Origin: Glycera tridactyla
Lineage: Eukaryota
DNA: 64,000 nt
Direction: 5' to 3'
Assembly (NCBI GenBank): GCA_965644265.1
Contig: OZ286459.1
Coordinates: forward strand, 117,676,001-117,740,000
Position numbers and translations under genes: made by a program. The notes beneath the pieces were generated by a model that ran no database searches, was not told the origin of the DNA, and worked only from the letters and a program-made list of their open reading frames with translations. Of the stretch, positions 48,515 to 62,439 are shown piece by piece. Every line of letters begins with the position of its first letter. The stretch's first letter is position 1.

Positions 48515-50682
48515 TGGGTCCCTGACAGAGGGCGAAAAGTTCTGAAATTCAAAGACACTCGAGGTGTCCTTTCTGGCATTGACTGATCTAAATAGGCATA
48601 CGACACCTTCTGGGAATGCCCTTCACCGATTCATGTATTTGCAATGATGATATAATTTGCAATGACCACACTGTGTGAGAGATGTTGCAGGTGGTACAAC
48701 TGTAGTGGAAGAAAAAACTCATCAGGTCTTACGATCACATTGATTGAGATCGATGATTAATGAACCGCTATATTTCAATCATCGGCTCCGATCGATGAAA
48801 AGCTTATCACTGCTCACGGCCAATTCATTTCCTCGTCAAGAATCATGACTGGTATCTGGTTTCTATGTTCGTTTATCGTCAGATTGCCACATTAAGACGC
48901 CCTTACAGTGATCATGAGAGGGGTGATTCAAGGTGGAAATTCAAGAAGTTGACCGACACTTGAAACGTCATGTCTGAGGATTAGATATAGGAATCGTCTT
49001 CCATAAGAGAACACCACTACCACCATGACCGTTGTTTACATCTAAGAGGGATGAAATTCGAATGTTGTATCACATGCACACCACGCAATGTATTGCTCTC
49101 ACGCGAACAGAAGATGTCAAACATTATAGAGTGCGATGAAGCAATAATTTCTGAGGGTGATTGTGTGGATTAGCAATCACATTACGGATTCTACTAAGAT
49201 TAAAATTCAAATGAATCCGTTGGCTGCCATCAGTAACGCATTTATTAGCTCCACAATCTTGCATATCGTGCCACATGATGCATTTCCCGTAGCCATTTTG
49301 AATATGACTGAGCTTACAAATGGCCCGAACTAGTTCACTTGTTGAGGTTTTGTGTGATGGCAAAACCTGCTTCAGTATTTGATAATCTGAACTGCTGAGT
49401 GAAATTAACTGTCGAAGTATCGGGTCGAAAAATACGGGTAAAAACAAAGATCAGGGTGATAATCAAAATGACAAAGGGAGCTCTGGAAGACAATAGCTTC
49501 AAACGCCATTGAATGGCTGCATGATGAGAGATTTGGTGATTATCAGCAGATCAAAATAATATTTCCTAGTATTGATGACTTTTTTTCAATAACTGAATCG
49601 ATAGACTCTAGACTTTAGGCAATGATTACAGACATCGAACTTATCAACCACCGCACACGTGTAATTTGGACTGTTTCCTAGACAATCCAACCAGTCAGTC
49701 GAACCAGTCATATGCGTTTTGGACCGACCTGGTTTCTGGATAGTGCACGGTAAGGGATAGGGAAATGATACTCGATTCATAGACGAGAGTACTAAACCAG
49801 ATACGCTACAGTGATGAGCCCGCACAATCAGCAGCATGGAAGCAGCTAGAATGGTCTGCATTCACCAAATACATGTAATCAGAATTATTTAGAAATGTGT
49901 GAGTAATCAGCTCGGCAAAGGGTCTTAGCCTTGGCGACCCGACATCTTTTGAAATGACAACACACGAAGATGTAACTTGACATTTGCTGCTGCGAGTCAT
50001 GCCAAATTGTTGCATGGCGATCAATAGTTTACTGTGGCAAATGCACAGTCAATCTTCACCAAAGATGATAGTTTTGAAGAATGTGTTCCAGATTCAAGCT
50101 AAACAGTGATGCCTATACTTTGGCTCACTGAGAGGAGATTGAAATGCGAGCCACTCATCCAAATGCTTGCGAGATATGATATCTTTACATGTGATCGGGA
50201 TTCAGGTACCAATCAATCTAATTTTTCGACTTACAGCAAACATAGTAACAGACTGCCATTGTTGAGGCATGTGCTCTCGGATGTAGGTGTTTTGGAACAA
50301 TATCTTTGGAACAGCTGGCTTGTCAAACAATAAGCAAAAGGATAGGAGCGCACGATCAAGATCAAAATACATCCAGCACATGTCATTTGCAAGGACATAT
50401 TGGCCAGATATATGCAGCATTCTAGTCAAACCACATTCAGCCAGCAAATTATTTGCAAAATATTCAGCTTCACGAACAGAGAAAACTTCCGCCAAATCTC
50501 CTACCAAGTACTCTTTTTTTTAAGAGTTTCAAAATAGAATGGTAACTCCATTTTCGTTACAAAACGTTATCAAACATCAGGGCAATTGGACACCCTACAG
50601 GTGCGAGTGAGTTTGGATATTCGAGTGCAATCATATTCTCAGCTCAAATACATACATACGTGTGCATAATTGAATGCGGCTA

Positions 50683-50754
<72 letters not shown>

Positions 50755-52561
50755 CAGGGAATGTAGGTTGGTTGGAATATATTGGTATTCATGGATTCAT
50801 GGGATAGAAGTGTTTCAAATAGTCGGGTACTGCATGAGTAGTCCTATACAGAAATCCCTCTAACAGACACAGACAACAAGATGGTAAGAGAGTAGAGATG
50901 TTTTATCGGTGTCAGTTCAGTGAGCAGGGCATGTGTGTGCGCGCGCGCGCGTGTGTGTGTGTGCACGTGCATGAGTGTGTGCGTGCGTGGTGTGTTTATC
51001 CGTGTGTCTCGGGGACCACCGAAGGGAATTTCCGGTGATGAATCTCGCATGCCTTTTCCGACCTTCATAATCTTATTTCTGGCGGCGAGCTCGAATAACA
51101 GGCAGTTAAGCCCAGCGGACGACAGAGCATAAATATATGTTCGACCCGCAATGCATAGGCTGCATATTTAATGCATGTCGGAAGGTAGTGAGTGAGTCAT
51201 CACGGCCTCCAACAGTGACTCAGCCGGAACACTCGTGACAGAAAAACAAATGGTGAGGTTTGCTTTCGCCGTCCTCCTAGTAAAAAGCACAGGAGGCGTA
51301 CATAATAATCAAGCAATGTTTTGTGTTTAACCCATTCTCATCTGACATACGATTTGACAGTCTTTCAGGTTCCCCAACCTCTTGTGTTCAGCGTTTGTGT
51401 AACTGGTGTCTGCAGGGGTCCGGTTCGGTATCACCGTGTGTACAACTCCTCCATCTAGTAGGGTCCCCGATGAAGAGTGAAAATATCCCAAGTTGACACA
51501 CACACACAAAAGGTGTCATTTCCTTCTGTACTGGAATGCGTAGCTGGAGATTTCTGAAATTCTCAGACACACAGGGTGTCATTTCTGATTGATTATGAGG
51601 GGATTTAGATGTGCAACCCTTGGTGATTCGTAGTATAGGCCCATAGTCCAACAATGATTGTTATCTAAAGGAACCCTAGATTCGTATCACGCAGCCTTGA
51701 CTTACTAAAATGTGACTGCAGTCACAAATCGACTACCAAGACCAAAAACTAGCATGGAGGTATTCACACCACGCCAATTATTCGACCAATGGAATACATA
51801 TTCGTCATGGTCATACAATAATCAGACCTTTTCCAGGTCAACCACTCCGAGAATGTAGTTTCGATGGTTTAACCGTTGAACAGCGAAAATATGCACGGCG
51901 CCATCTGGCATTCGTACACAAGATGCCAGTTAATGGATCTAATTTGTTCACTGACATAACAGAACGCAGTTCGCTGGCAAGCCAAAGCAATCAAGGCCGT
52001 AGACATAACATACGCAGGACGCAGGCGTGGAGCATCGAGTGCCACTTCCGGGTTGTCTCTGCACGCGTGCTATATTGTGACGCCCATGCAATGAACACGA
52101 TGGGACCATTCTAGACGACTCATCCCGCGTCCCCCAGGCAAGGTGAAAATCTATGAAATTCAGACATTGGTACTAACAGTTGTTATTTTGAACAGCACCG
52201 CGCACAATATTCCATTCGAATCTAGCAACGCATAACTCATATTCTGGCTCACACATTCGGAATTGCTAGGGCCTCTTTAACGCAATAGAAAGGGAAGGCA
52301 ATGATATGGCAGGACCATAGAAGTGCTTGCATGCAATATGGTACTCAATATCTGACACAATATTGCCGTCTAAATTACCGACCTTATCAGTCAAGTGATA
52401 TGCGACTGCCTGTCGCCTGTATGTAGTGGTGCTGGCATCCCTAGATTATGCTAGAGACTATAACTGACTCCCCCCTCTCTCTCCCTCTCTCTCTCTCCCT
52501 CTCTCTGTGCCTCTCCGTGTGAGCTTGTCAGTATGCGTACCGGCTTATATCGTGCAAGTAG

Positions 52562-52629
<68 letters not shown>

Positions 52630-53079
52630 ATAAGTACATTTGGAAATTAGCCATTGGCATGTACTTGGTGATTCAAGCAAAAAGGCAGACAGGCAGGAAG
52701 ATATGAAGTTGGTTGCATGGAGTAACTGCATGTATCAATGAATTATATATGCCACATATGAGTTTAAATGATCCTATCGATGGCACCTTCATTTAGGAAA
52801 CTGATTGGAAACTCGCAGTCAATTAACTTAGCATGGCTTTCAATTCAGGTAGGTGTTGGGTAGGTAGGTAGGTGGGTGGGTCGGTGGGTCGGTCGGTAGG
52901 TAGGTGGGTAGGTGGGTGGGTAGGTGATAAGGCAGAAAGGCAGGTGAATAGGTGGGTAGGTGGGTAAGTGGGTAGATAGGTAGGTAGGAACTGGGAGTAG
53001 GGGGGTTGGCTACAGACAGCAGCCAGACCAGCAGACAGGCATGCAAGCGACCAGGCAAAGTTGGTTGGTTGGTTGTGGT

Positions 53080-53221
53080 TTCCCGACACATCAGCACCAT
53101 CAGGGCTATATTGTGACGCCCATGCAATGGGCATGGGTGGGATCTTCCAAGACTCCTCCTTCTGGGTCCCAGACGGAAGGTGAAATGATATGAAAATCAC
53201 AGACACAAAGTGTCATTTCAG
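53080..53221 (+). mobile_element. Dispersed SINE-like or Penelope-associated short repeat; longest copy (others 3341-3414, 9438-9473, 18265-18360 minus, 48413-48575, 51440-51530, 52069-52167, 62345-62445)
   Basis: Shared CAGCACCATC(T/A)GGGCTATATTGTGACG, hairpin CCCATGC-AATGG-GCATGGG, ACTCCTCC, hammerhead-like core and GACAC-n-GTGTC hairpin. Several copies abut (GGTT)n or (GTTT)n. Confidence 0.8.
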
Positions 53222-55091
53222 TACGTAGGTTGGTCATTGGTTCGTCGGGGGTCTTATGACGTAAGCTATATCAACACAAATGTATATGAAATACTATATA
53301 GGTGGATGAATGAATATGGTGGTCGGTGGGTGGCAGGTACATGAGGTGGTCAGGGAAATATCAGAGCTTAACTTTCATCACCACATGTAAACATATCCAA
53401 TGGACGGCTATCGCTACACTTGCTATATTGCATTTGATTTGTTGGTGTAGAGTGTGATGGATTTCTCTGATGAGAAATTTCATTGGATAAACCCTGAAAG
53501 ATTCTACATGGACCGAGCCTGCAATATGGCGACAGGTGATTTCCATATCAATTTCTTCACAATCGTAATGCTGGATACAATCAGAAATGTGGAAGACAAT
53601 ATTTCATCATTAGACGATAAACCCATCAGGTTACAAGCTACATGCATCGACTCTGAGCTAATAGACTGGCGTTCCTGAATTCCCACTGGTCATGCACTGA
53701 ACAATCATCAATATCGGTATCCTACAATGGTATCATCATGTTGGCTATGGTGAATTCAGTGCATGTGTGTGAGTATGTGTGTGAGAGAAGAGGTGTCTGC
53801 TTGTATCTAGGNNNNNNNNNNNNNNNNNNNNNNNNNNNNNNNNNNNNNNNNNNNNNNNNNNNNNNNNNNNNNNNNNNNNNNNNNNNNNNNNNNNNNNNNN
53901 NNNNNNNNNNNNNNNNNNNNNNNNNNNNNNNNNNNNNNNNNNNNNNNNNNNNNNNNNNNNTACATGTACATGCGCGTGCGCAAGCGTGAGTGTGATCAAT
54001 GTCCGTGAGTGGGGGACTCTATATAATAGTCGCCTGTACATAGTAACAGTACGGTTTTGTCTGGAGCAAACATACAGTTAGAGACTGCCTCATCGTGTTT
54101 ACACGACCTCTCTGCAGCAAAACCCTATCAGCAAGGCATATATCCATCAGTATCTCACATAAAAAGACCTATTCACACATCAACTTCACAAAAGCAGCAT
54201 GCTTCAGAGGCAGAATATACAGTTACATATGCATGCAGATCAGCCTGCCTACTCCCGCAAACTACACTAGATATCACTCCTATTAGTATGAAGAATTTCC
54301 CACCGAAATTCCCTAGTGAGTCGAATATGCACATAAACTTGCTGAGAATATTCTAGGTTCATCTTAATAAGGCCTGTATGTGAATGATGATGATGATGAT
54401 AGTTGATAGCCTCCCTAGTAGGAAGCACAAACAGGCACACACTGACACGCACACACGGACACACACACACACACACACACACACACCACGTGCAAGAGGG
54501 ACTACGACAGGAATCATCGCACGATTCCCATTCAACTCTCACTAACTCCATACTCAGCGGGCACCGCTTGCTGGTGAGGTGAGAGAACTTGGCGGTCATT
54601 TGATTGTACATAAGTGCAAATAAATCAGATGGACAAAAAATCGACACATTTGAATCATGCAGCAATCCAGGGGGGCAATTAGGCTCGAAGTTTTCAGTTG
54701 TAGTCATACATTTAGGACTTAGTGTGCGGGACATACACCTTGACTAACCTCAACCATATAAGATAGTTGGAATGGAAACATACAATGACGACACAGCAGA
54801 GAAATCGATACTATTGCAGCTACTAAGCAAATGAAAATGTACATGCGCGAGAACTGGGTATATTCATCTCTCATGCATTTCCACATGGCATGAATATCCG
54901 GGTTTTTAAGCAAAGCTATAAAATGCAGATGCTAAATCATCTGTTTACGAACAGACAACCAACGCCATCTGGAGGTCTGTATTTTGTGTTAATGAAAGCC
55001 GCCTGTAGATGGCAATTACCACTTGCATACACAGCAGACCATTTAGTACGATACCAAAACATTGAAAAATTGGGTGACATCGTGCTAGGTA

Positions 55092-56063
55092 TCAATTCAG
55101 CATTACCCGAGAAGCGGTTATTTCTCCCGGGAAGGATTCCTCCTCTGGCTGCTGCTCCGGGGAGCACTCGACGACCTCTACTTGAGCGGCTTCAACTCGC
55201 TCCTCAATCACCGGAACCTCCTCCTCCTCAGCAGCCCCACTGTCTACCGGTAATTCCCCAGCTGCCCCGCTGTCTGCAGGTAAATCCTCAGTTGTTCCAC
55301 TGTCTGCGGGTAATTCCTCGGCTGCACCACTGTCTATAGGTAAATCCTCAGCATGACCGGGATCCAGTCGCAACTCCTCACTGTCCAGTACAAGCTCCTG
55401 TGGTTCTAGTCTCCTCTCGCCGCCAAACCATGCCTCAGCACTGCCATTCATGATTATTGGCTCTTCGGGTTCTAGCCTCCTCTCGCCACCAAACCATGCT
55501 TCAGCACTTCCATTCATAATTATGGGTTCCTCGTGCTCGATCTCAATTTGACCCTCTAGATTCTGCTCCTGTTGATGTGATACCTCGTAATCACCTCTCT
55601 CAACTGGAAGACTTTCGGTGGGTTGTGACTGAACGCTTTCGATTATTTGAGCCTCGATCAAATCCTGTGTGAACTCTGGAATTTCAGCCTGACTGGGTTC
55701 TTCTGTGACTTGGCTATCAATTTCTACATGAACGACAGGGGCTTCAACTTCATGAACAGTTTCCGGTGCTGGTTCTGGTTCCGGGGATGGAACTGGTTCT
55801 GAATCCCCCAGCAGAACTGGCTCAGCCCGTAAGGTATATTTCATATCGCCTGTGTCCTCATTATACTGCCAGTCGGCTTCAATGAAGCGTGGCTCCACCT
55901 CAAAATGCTTCGATTTGTACCTCATTCTACCATTATCCTGAACCCTTCGCAGAATAGAGAGATTCTTTGAAGCATGATGTTTGAAACAATGCTGGATAGT
56001 ATCTAACCCGCTGTCGAATTTCTCGTGACAGTGGTAACATCGAGTCGATGGTTTGGCACGCAT
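55092..56063 (-). CDS. Exon encoding a C2H2-like zinc finger plus acidic repeat-rich region; unknown gene, possibly transposon-derived
   Basis: Acceptor TTTTTACAG at 56067, ATG at 56063. C-x2-C-x12-H-x3-H (CYHCHEKFDSGLDTIQHCFKH). 21-aa repeat x2 and 10-aa repeat x4. Possible donor CGG|GTAATG at 55107. Confidence 0.6.
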   Translation of the reverse strand: MRAKPSTRCYHCHEKFDSGLDTIQHCFKHHASKNLSILRRVQDNGRMRYKSKHFEVEPRFIEADWQYNEDTGDMKYTLRAEPVLLGDSEPVPSPEPEPAPETVHEVEAPVVHVEIDSQVTEEPSQAEIPEFTQDLIEAQIIESVQSQPTESLPVERGDYEVSHQQEQNLEGQIEIEHEEPIIMNGSAEAWFGGERRLEPEEPIIMNGSAEAWFGGERRLEPQELVLDSEELRLDPGHAEDLPIDSGAAEELPADSGTTEDLPADSGAAGELPVDSGAAEEEEVPVIEERVEAAQVEVVECSPEQQPEEESFPGEITASRVMLN

Positions 56064-58111
56064 AGTCTGTAAAAACAGAGAAACCATAAATAAAATTGCA
56101 CTGCACCTCTCACAAACGGTCATACAACTGCAACAACAATTCAAACCCCGATGTACTAAGCAACCCTTCAAGTTATGGGATGGGGGTTATTATGCTACGA
56201 TGGTATTATCCACTTTTAACTAGGGGTACCATAATCACATATATAAGGATCTATCACCAGGGGAACTTCTGAGATGAGCAGGGAGGGATGAAACTACTGA
56301 ACTACTGTACTTATACCTCTAGATGAGACATTGAGATAGCTTGATTTTGTATCTTATTGATACGTGTTCCACTCTCGAAATCTATTCCAAACCACCTGGT
56401 CCGACTAAGATACAACCCAGTTGAGTTGGACGCCAGCTTTTTCGGAAATCTGATCCTCTAGTTTGGTTACCTTGTGGAGCTAGGAACTGATGTGCGAACT
56501 GGATTCATGAACTGGAAAGTGGCATTGCGTCGTGCCAAAATGCTAGTCATGGACTCAATCTAGTGAGGATACTGATGAAGTGCCTCAGAGTTTTCTTCAT
56601 CCTGCAAAGGTTTTAATTTCATCAAATCTAGCACCGGAAATGGCTGAGGATACTATCTTGAAGCTCAGACAGAATGGGATCAAGCGACTCATTCATAAAC
56701 TCGGAGTCTCAGGACTTTCCAATTCCCACAAATCTTATGGTGCAATTTGAGGGTGTATTCACACCTTCAGATATGACATGTTTGACATCCAAAATTTGAG
56801 AGGTCTGTTGTTGCCACAGCGTGTGATCTGGACGTGCAATGGCAGAGTGGAAAGATGGGAGATGGCGTCAATGTATTTTGTCTCGTTAGTGCCGCCTGGG
56901 CTATACTGAGACGCCAATGCATCGCGCGAGAGTGGGATAATTTAAGACTCGCCCTCTTCTTGGCTGTCGGAATCTGAGATTTACACACCTAAAGTGGCTT
57001 ACACAACTGGCACAGCCAACACTTCTAACACTAACACCGTTGTCGTTAACTAATGCACAGGCATAACTATACGTCACTCGGGTCATATGATATGTATTGA
57101 GCGTAAACGAAGCAATTCTATGTGATATTCTAGCATGTGACATAAATGCGCAGTCTCTTCCAAATGCTGTGTGAATCCCTACTGTGAATTTCAATATAAA
57201 ATCAGCGATATCGGCGCCAGGCCTAGCACACCACATTTTAGAGATCTAAGGTCAAACAAGAGGGCAACACTTCATACCTGATGATAAACATATTCCACAA
57301 GGGTCCTCAAAGGACACCTCACCCCCATGGGAACTGTATGTCAATAGTTGCTGACGGCTTAGTCAACATGATACGATATTGATCACAGTGATGAGATACT
57401 ATCATGATTCATGTGGTATTGATGAGCTCATCCCATCAACAGGTGTACATAATATCATCAGTTAAAGGGTGGTGGGATATATGGAGTGCAACATTTCTAA
57501 GGCGATCGATTCTTGATTCGGTGATTCAGTAATGAGAATCTGGAGAAAATCTGTCACTAGCGAAACGTGGTATCCATATCCCTAGCAATGTAGAATATGT
57601 TCTCTCACAACAAAAGAAACATAGGTTATGCCAGCTGATAGTCTAAAAAGGATATTATCTCTAGTTGATATCATGGGGCATGGATTACTTGGAATATGTG
57701 GCATCTATGAAATATTATGATTGGTGATACTCATATGACTGGCCCTGTTATGGCTATTTGCTACCGCTGAGTCCATATATTGAATTGGCAACGCTTGTGA
57801 TCATATGGTAGGGTCTAGGGTCTAAGTTTCGTCCACCGGTGACACCCTACCATCGACCGGGGACGAACCCCAGCAACGGTGGGGTCGACTGGCCCCTATC
57901 ACGATCCGCCATGTCGTCATCCCACGTCCCTCCCCTAATTAGGACAGACACCCCTCCCTTAACCAATATAGACCCAATTGCTACCCTAGATGTGTGCATG
58001 GTTTGAGAATATGTGCTAGAAACCGATTATGCGAATATCTTCGAGAAACGACGTTCTAACGCAAGTCGAATACATTCCTCACGTGGTATGATAACGATAC
58101 ACAGGTCAGAG

Positions 58112-58156
<45 letters not shown>

Positions 58157-61100
58157 ACACACACGCCACAAACACACACACATACACATACACCCACGCA
58201 CACANNNNNNNNNNNNNNNNNNNNNNNNNNNNNNNNNNNNNNNNNNNNNNNNNNNNNNNNNNNNNNNNNNNNNNNNNNNNNNNNNNNNNNNNNNNNNNNN
58301 NNNNNNNNNNNNNNNNNNNNNNNNNNNNNNNNNNNNNNNNNNNNNNNNNNNNNNNNNNNNNNNNNNNNNNNNNNNNNNNNNNNNNNNNNNNNNNNNNNNN
58401 NNNNNNNNNNNNNNNNNNNNNNNNNNNNNNNNNNNNNNNNNNNNNNNNNNNNNNNNNGCTTGCTGACATCAGCCATATCAGACAACAGCTAATTGTATGG
58501 CGAGTTTGGTGTTTGGTCACTCAAATTGTCGTATGTGTTTTAACGCCTAGGCATTTGCACGCTCTTCTTCAGCAAAATCTATAGTAATGCAAGATTACTC
58601 GCCATCAAATTTGGAAGTAATATTGATTCAGTCATACACTCCAGAAGCACAAAAGCAGATGTTATTTCGAGATATGCTTCGAGAGACCTGTCGGCAGAAA
58701 GTGACCAACAAGAGCAGCAGCGAAGTCGTAACGTTTCAGGATCATGAAACCTGGCATCGCCTAGCTCGTTCATGGCAGAGTGGGAATAGATCATATCTCT
58801 AGGTGCTGTTAAGATTCCTCCACAGCGAGAGTGGCGCTTTTGCCGAACGTCTTCCGATCAATGAAAATCAAGCCAAGTCAGGTGTCAGATCAGATAAGCG
58901 GCAAGTATCTCTGCTGACCTACTTTGCACAAACCGAAAGTAAAATGTTTGATCAAAATGCACATTAAGGTGGCTGCTGGTTGGCTGCAATGATTGAGATC
59001 GATCCAACCTGATTTAACACCAAAGGCAGTGACTAACGACTGATATCAGTGTTAGAGCAATATTTCTGGTAGCAATTTTCACCAAAGCAGCTCTCTTTTA
59101 GCCAGAAGCATGGTAGGATCATTCAATTTTGCGATAACTTTTCTTTCAAACTGGTGTATAAAGTTACGGGCATGGGGACTATGTTTTCTCGCCCTCAAAT
59201 CATATATAAAACAGAATTCCAATGACGAGATGAGCTACATGGGAGGATATCCCATGTCTTCTCTTGCTTCCCTGTCTCCTCTTGCTTCAACCTAATTTCC
59301 TTTATTCAATTTGAGATGAGAAATGTTGAGGATAGACGCCTCTCAACGTATGACGTATGTAATCGAACAATTCCCGTTCATTTGGAATTATTATCTCTAT
59401 CTTGTAAGACATGACTAAATCACATGAACCCCTTTTGACCTGGAGAATCATACTAACAACTACGAAACAGAAATGGAATCTGATAAGTTCGATCTCTGAT
59501 CAGGCTCTGCACGTAGAACCACTCCGTTTTTGACTGTAAACCAACTGCCTCTTAGATTTGAAACGATAATGAACAAGTGGAATGAGTTGAGATATAGTAG
59601 CCATGGAGCATCACAGTATTCCTGACCCATACAGAGAATGATTAGTATGGATTGCTGCTGAAGAGGATTAGTATGATATGATGGGAGTACCGATATGGAG
59701 GGAGTGGGGAGGGGTGTGACTAGGGCGTATACTTTATCTAGGTGCGAATAGGATGATGATTCTGAATCAGAATGCTTCTTTATTGGTGATGATCGGTTCA
59801 GCAAGTATCGCTGGATTTGATTTTGACTTTAATGGAGATATTTGGTCCTTACCTGATATTGTGTATGTCGATGATGAAGGTGTGTTCATTAAAGAGCCGC
59901 TATCCGCTGCTCAGCCAATCTCCCACAATGGAAACTGGCAGGAATTTCCTGATATATCTGTCAAACGAATCATCTCAACAAAAGCGAGAATACGGTTTTG
60001 GAGACAATGCACCAGTGTGGCTCAAAACACAGAAGAAAACTAATGAGAGGAAAGGAGTTAACATTCCCAGTGTGAATTGAACGCCAAAAATAACAAGGAG
60101 AGATCTCTCAGAATGAAATGAAAGTTTCCAGAAAACTAGCAGGTGCACATTACTCTTTTTAACAGGGTGAGTTGAAAAGCAGAAAAGATGGAAGGATATA
60201 GTCCTCTGGATTAGCATGACGAGTAGCGTGAAAAAGCAAACCCACGCCCAGGAGTATTAATAAGCACATCATACTCAGAAATAGGTACATTTTCTTACAG
60301 CGGAGGAGGTTCGGTTCTGCCCCATGCAGTCCAAAACGAACGGAATTGTTGACAGGGGGCTATGTAGTTGTCAGCTAGCATTCACGACAGTCGCGTCCTT
60401 TTCAACCATACCGAGCAATATGACGCCGGAACCAATGCCAATGAAAAATATATCTATGTGTAAGCTGTTACGAACGTTCACTCCTTCTTCAGTGGGATAT
60501 GATGTAGTAAAATGCGCTGAGATGGTAATTCTGAATGTGCATCCGGTCTCAGGATCATCCTGGGTGGTGAATATGCAGATTTTAATAATGTTAATTAGGT
60601 GAGAATATCCGTATTGTACCTGATTAATGAGCCTGTTTAGGAAAAGGTTCAAACGCCCATGGTAAAATACACTGGATATAATATTTGAAAAGAAGCACAA
60701 GCAAAGCAATTTCACTTCAAGCGTCGTCGTCTCAGATGGTATTTGGCGATTGAATAACAAAGCTATCAGCTGAATGGTTATATATTTAGCAAAAATGTCT
60801 ATTATATCATGCAATTCGTTTATTCCAAAATGTGGAAAAACAGATTTGTGATGCCAGTCAGGAGGAAGACCAACAGAAATGCTTGAGAATCTGAACTTTC
60901 TAAATACACAATCTTCACGTTTAGTCCAGTAGATAAATCAATAGATGATGGGGACGGGACGTCCGTGCAACCATTCTGGCTGTAGTAGTCGTGGTCGCCT
61001 CAATATGGCTACCAATATGGGGGCCTCATATTCAAAATTCGTTTTCAAGAAGTGAATTCCAGAGAACATTGATAAGATGGTCGTGGCGGCGGTCGTGGCG

Positions 61101-62406
61101 GCGGTGAAGTTTTGCTCCTAGATAGAGGATCAGAAAATCCTCTCATCTACTTACAGAGTGTATCGCACAAATATATTGGCAATTCATGAAGTGAGTCATA
61201 CTGAGAGCTACGGTGAGCTATGCATTCATCAAGAACGATACAGTCAATGGCTGGCTTATTGTAGAGCATCAGAACACAAATCTATCCTGTTGGATTTGAA
61301 AAGATGCAAGTGTATCCTTGATGTTCGACCTCATATCAGTTTTCTATCTATGATTACACTGACCGCCACATGCCATCCAATTTTGCCACAAACAGCGAGC
61401 TGTATTTGTGGGGCTGGGAAACGGGGCATGCAGGAGCCATTGAAAGCTGGACCATATGCATCAACCGTTGACTAACATGTACAGGGATGCAAAGGGCCGA
61501 ATCAACAAGGAGAATCAACAACGAGAATGAATAAGATCTACCATATATCCGGCGAACTAATACCTCTGTCAGTAGAAATGCTGCAGAGTGCCTATGTCGA
61601 GAGACGAGGCAGGCGCGATATGAAAACTTCACCATGATGCCAACATGCAAACAGACCCTGGATGCAAAAACACTGCATTTTCGAGGACAGAGGCAAACAG
61701 AGTGAACTCAACGCACACACAAGTACATGTACGTCATCAATGATGTCTACACTGTTGGGTTTGATATGAATCTGATCATCATCTTTTCCAACTCCAATCT
61801 ATCCACATTCCGGAATTTGAGATGTAAAGACGTAGCATTATTCAACAACTGTCGTTATCCAATATGCATTTTTAACAGCAACTCTGCACGCATCGTTATA
61901 TGTCACCAGTCTCCCAGAAGAAGCTTGTAATATGCGAATCTTTTTCGCGAGGAAGCATAGAACATGCAAATATACTTAAAAGGAATGCCATCACGATATC
62001 CCTCATTCAGTTTTGTCGACCACTGAATAGATTCTATGGCTTATATGCTGATAATAGGCTTCTGAAGTGTCGCTACCATACCACTGAATGTATTATAACA
62101 CTATGATGAATACGGTTTTGTGAAAGCTACATCGGCTCTGCCAACTCCTCTGTACGGCAGAGTACTCTAGACACACGGCAAGTACCCCATGATTGCTTTC
62201 AGAACTGTATTAAGTGAGCCTACATGTGCTCTCAGTGTAAACACATAGTTATATGATATTCAAAAGAGTCACTCGAAATCCCAAGCTCATTTGTTTACCC
62301 CCGTGTACTAGATTGGTTCTGCTAACATCATGGCAGCTCTATGGGTGCTATAGTCTTGTGACGCCCATGCGATGAGCATGGGGAGGGATTTCTGACTAGT
62401 TCTTCT

Positions 62407-62439
62407 GTATCGCTGACGAAAGGTGAAACGGTATGATAT
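62407..62439 (+). ncRNA. Candidate minimal type-I hammerhead ribozyme in a dispersed repeat
   Basis: GTATCG-CTGACGA-A(AGG)T-GAAA-CGG-TA-TGATAT: intact CUGANGA/GAAA/UH core, 6-bp helix I (2 G-U), 1-bp helix II, palindromic helix III (ACGGT). Confidence 0.5.

Noticed and set aside
48226-48606. Poly-E and poly-S ORFs
   Set aside because: Produced by the (CTC)n expansion.
49586-50523. Long, sparsely interrupted minus-strand frame suggesting a pseudogene
   Set aside because: No recognisable protein family, so a call cannot be supported without a search.
57805-57900. HDV-like or hammerhead ribozyme call
   Set aside because: HDV P2 is absent and L3 is too short; GGACGAAAC lacks an upstream CUGANGA. 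Kept only as an unexplained structure.
59460-61100. ORFs 59753-60043 (+) and 60371-60814 (-)
   Set aside because: No motifs or coherent splice structure were found.
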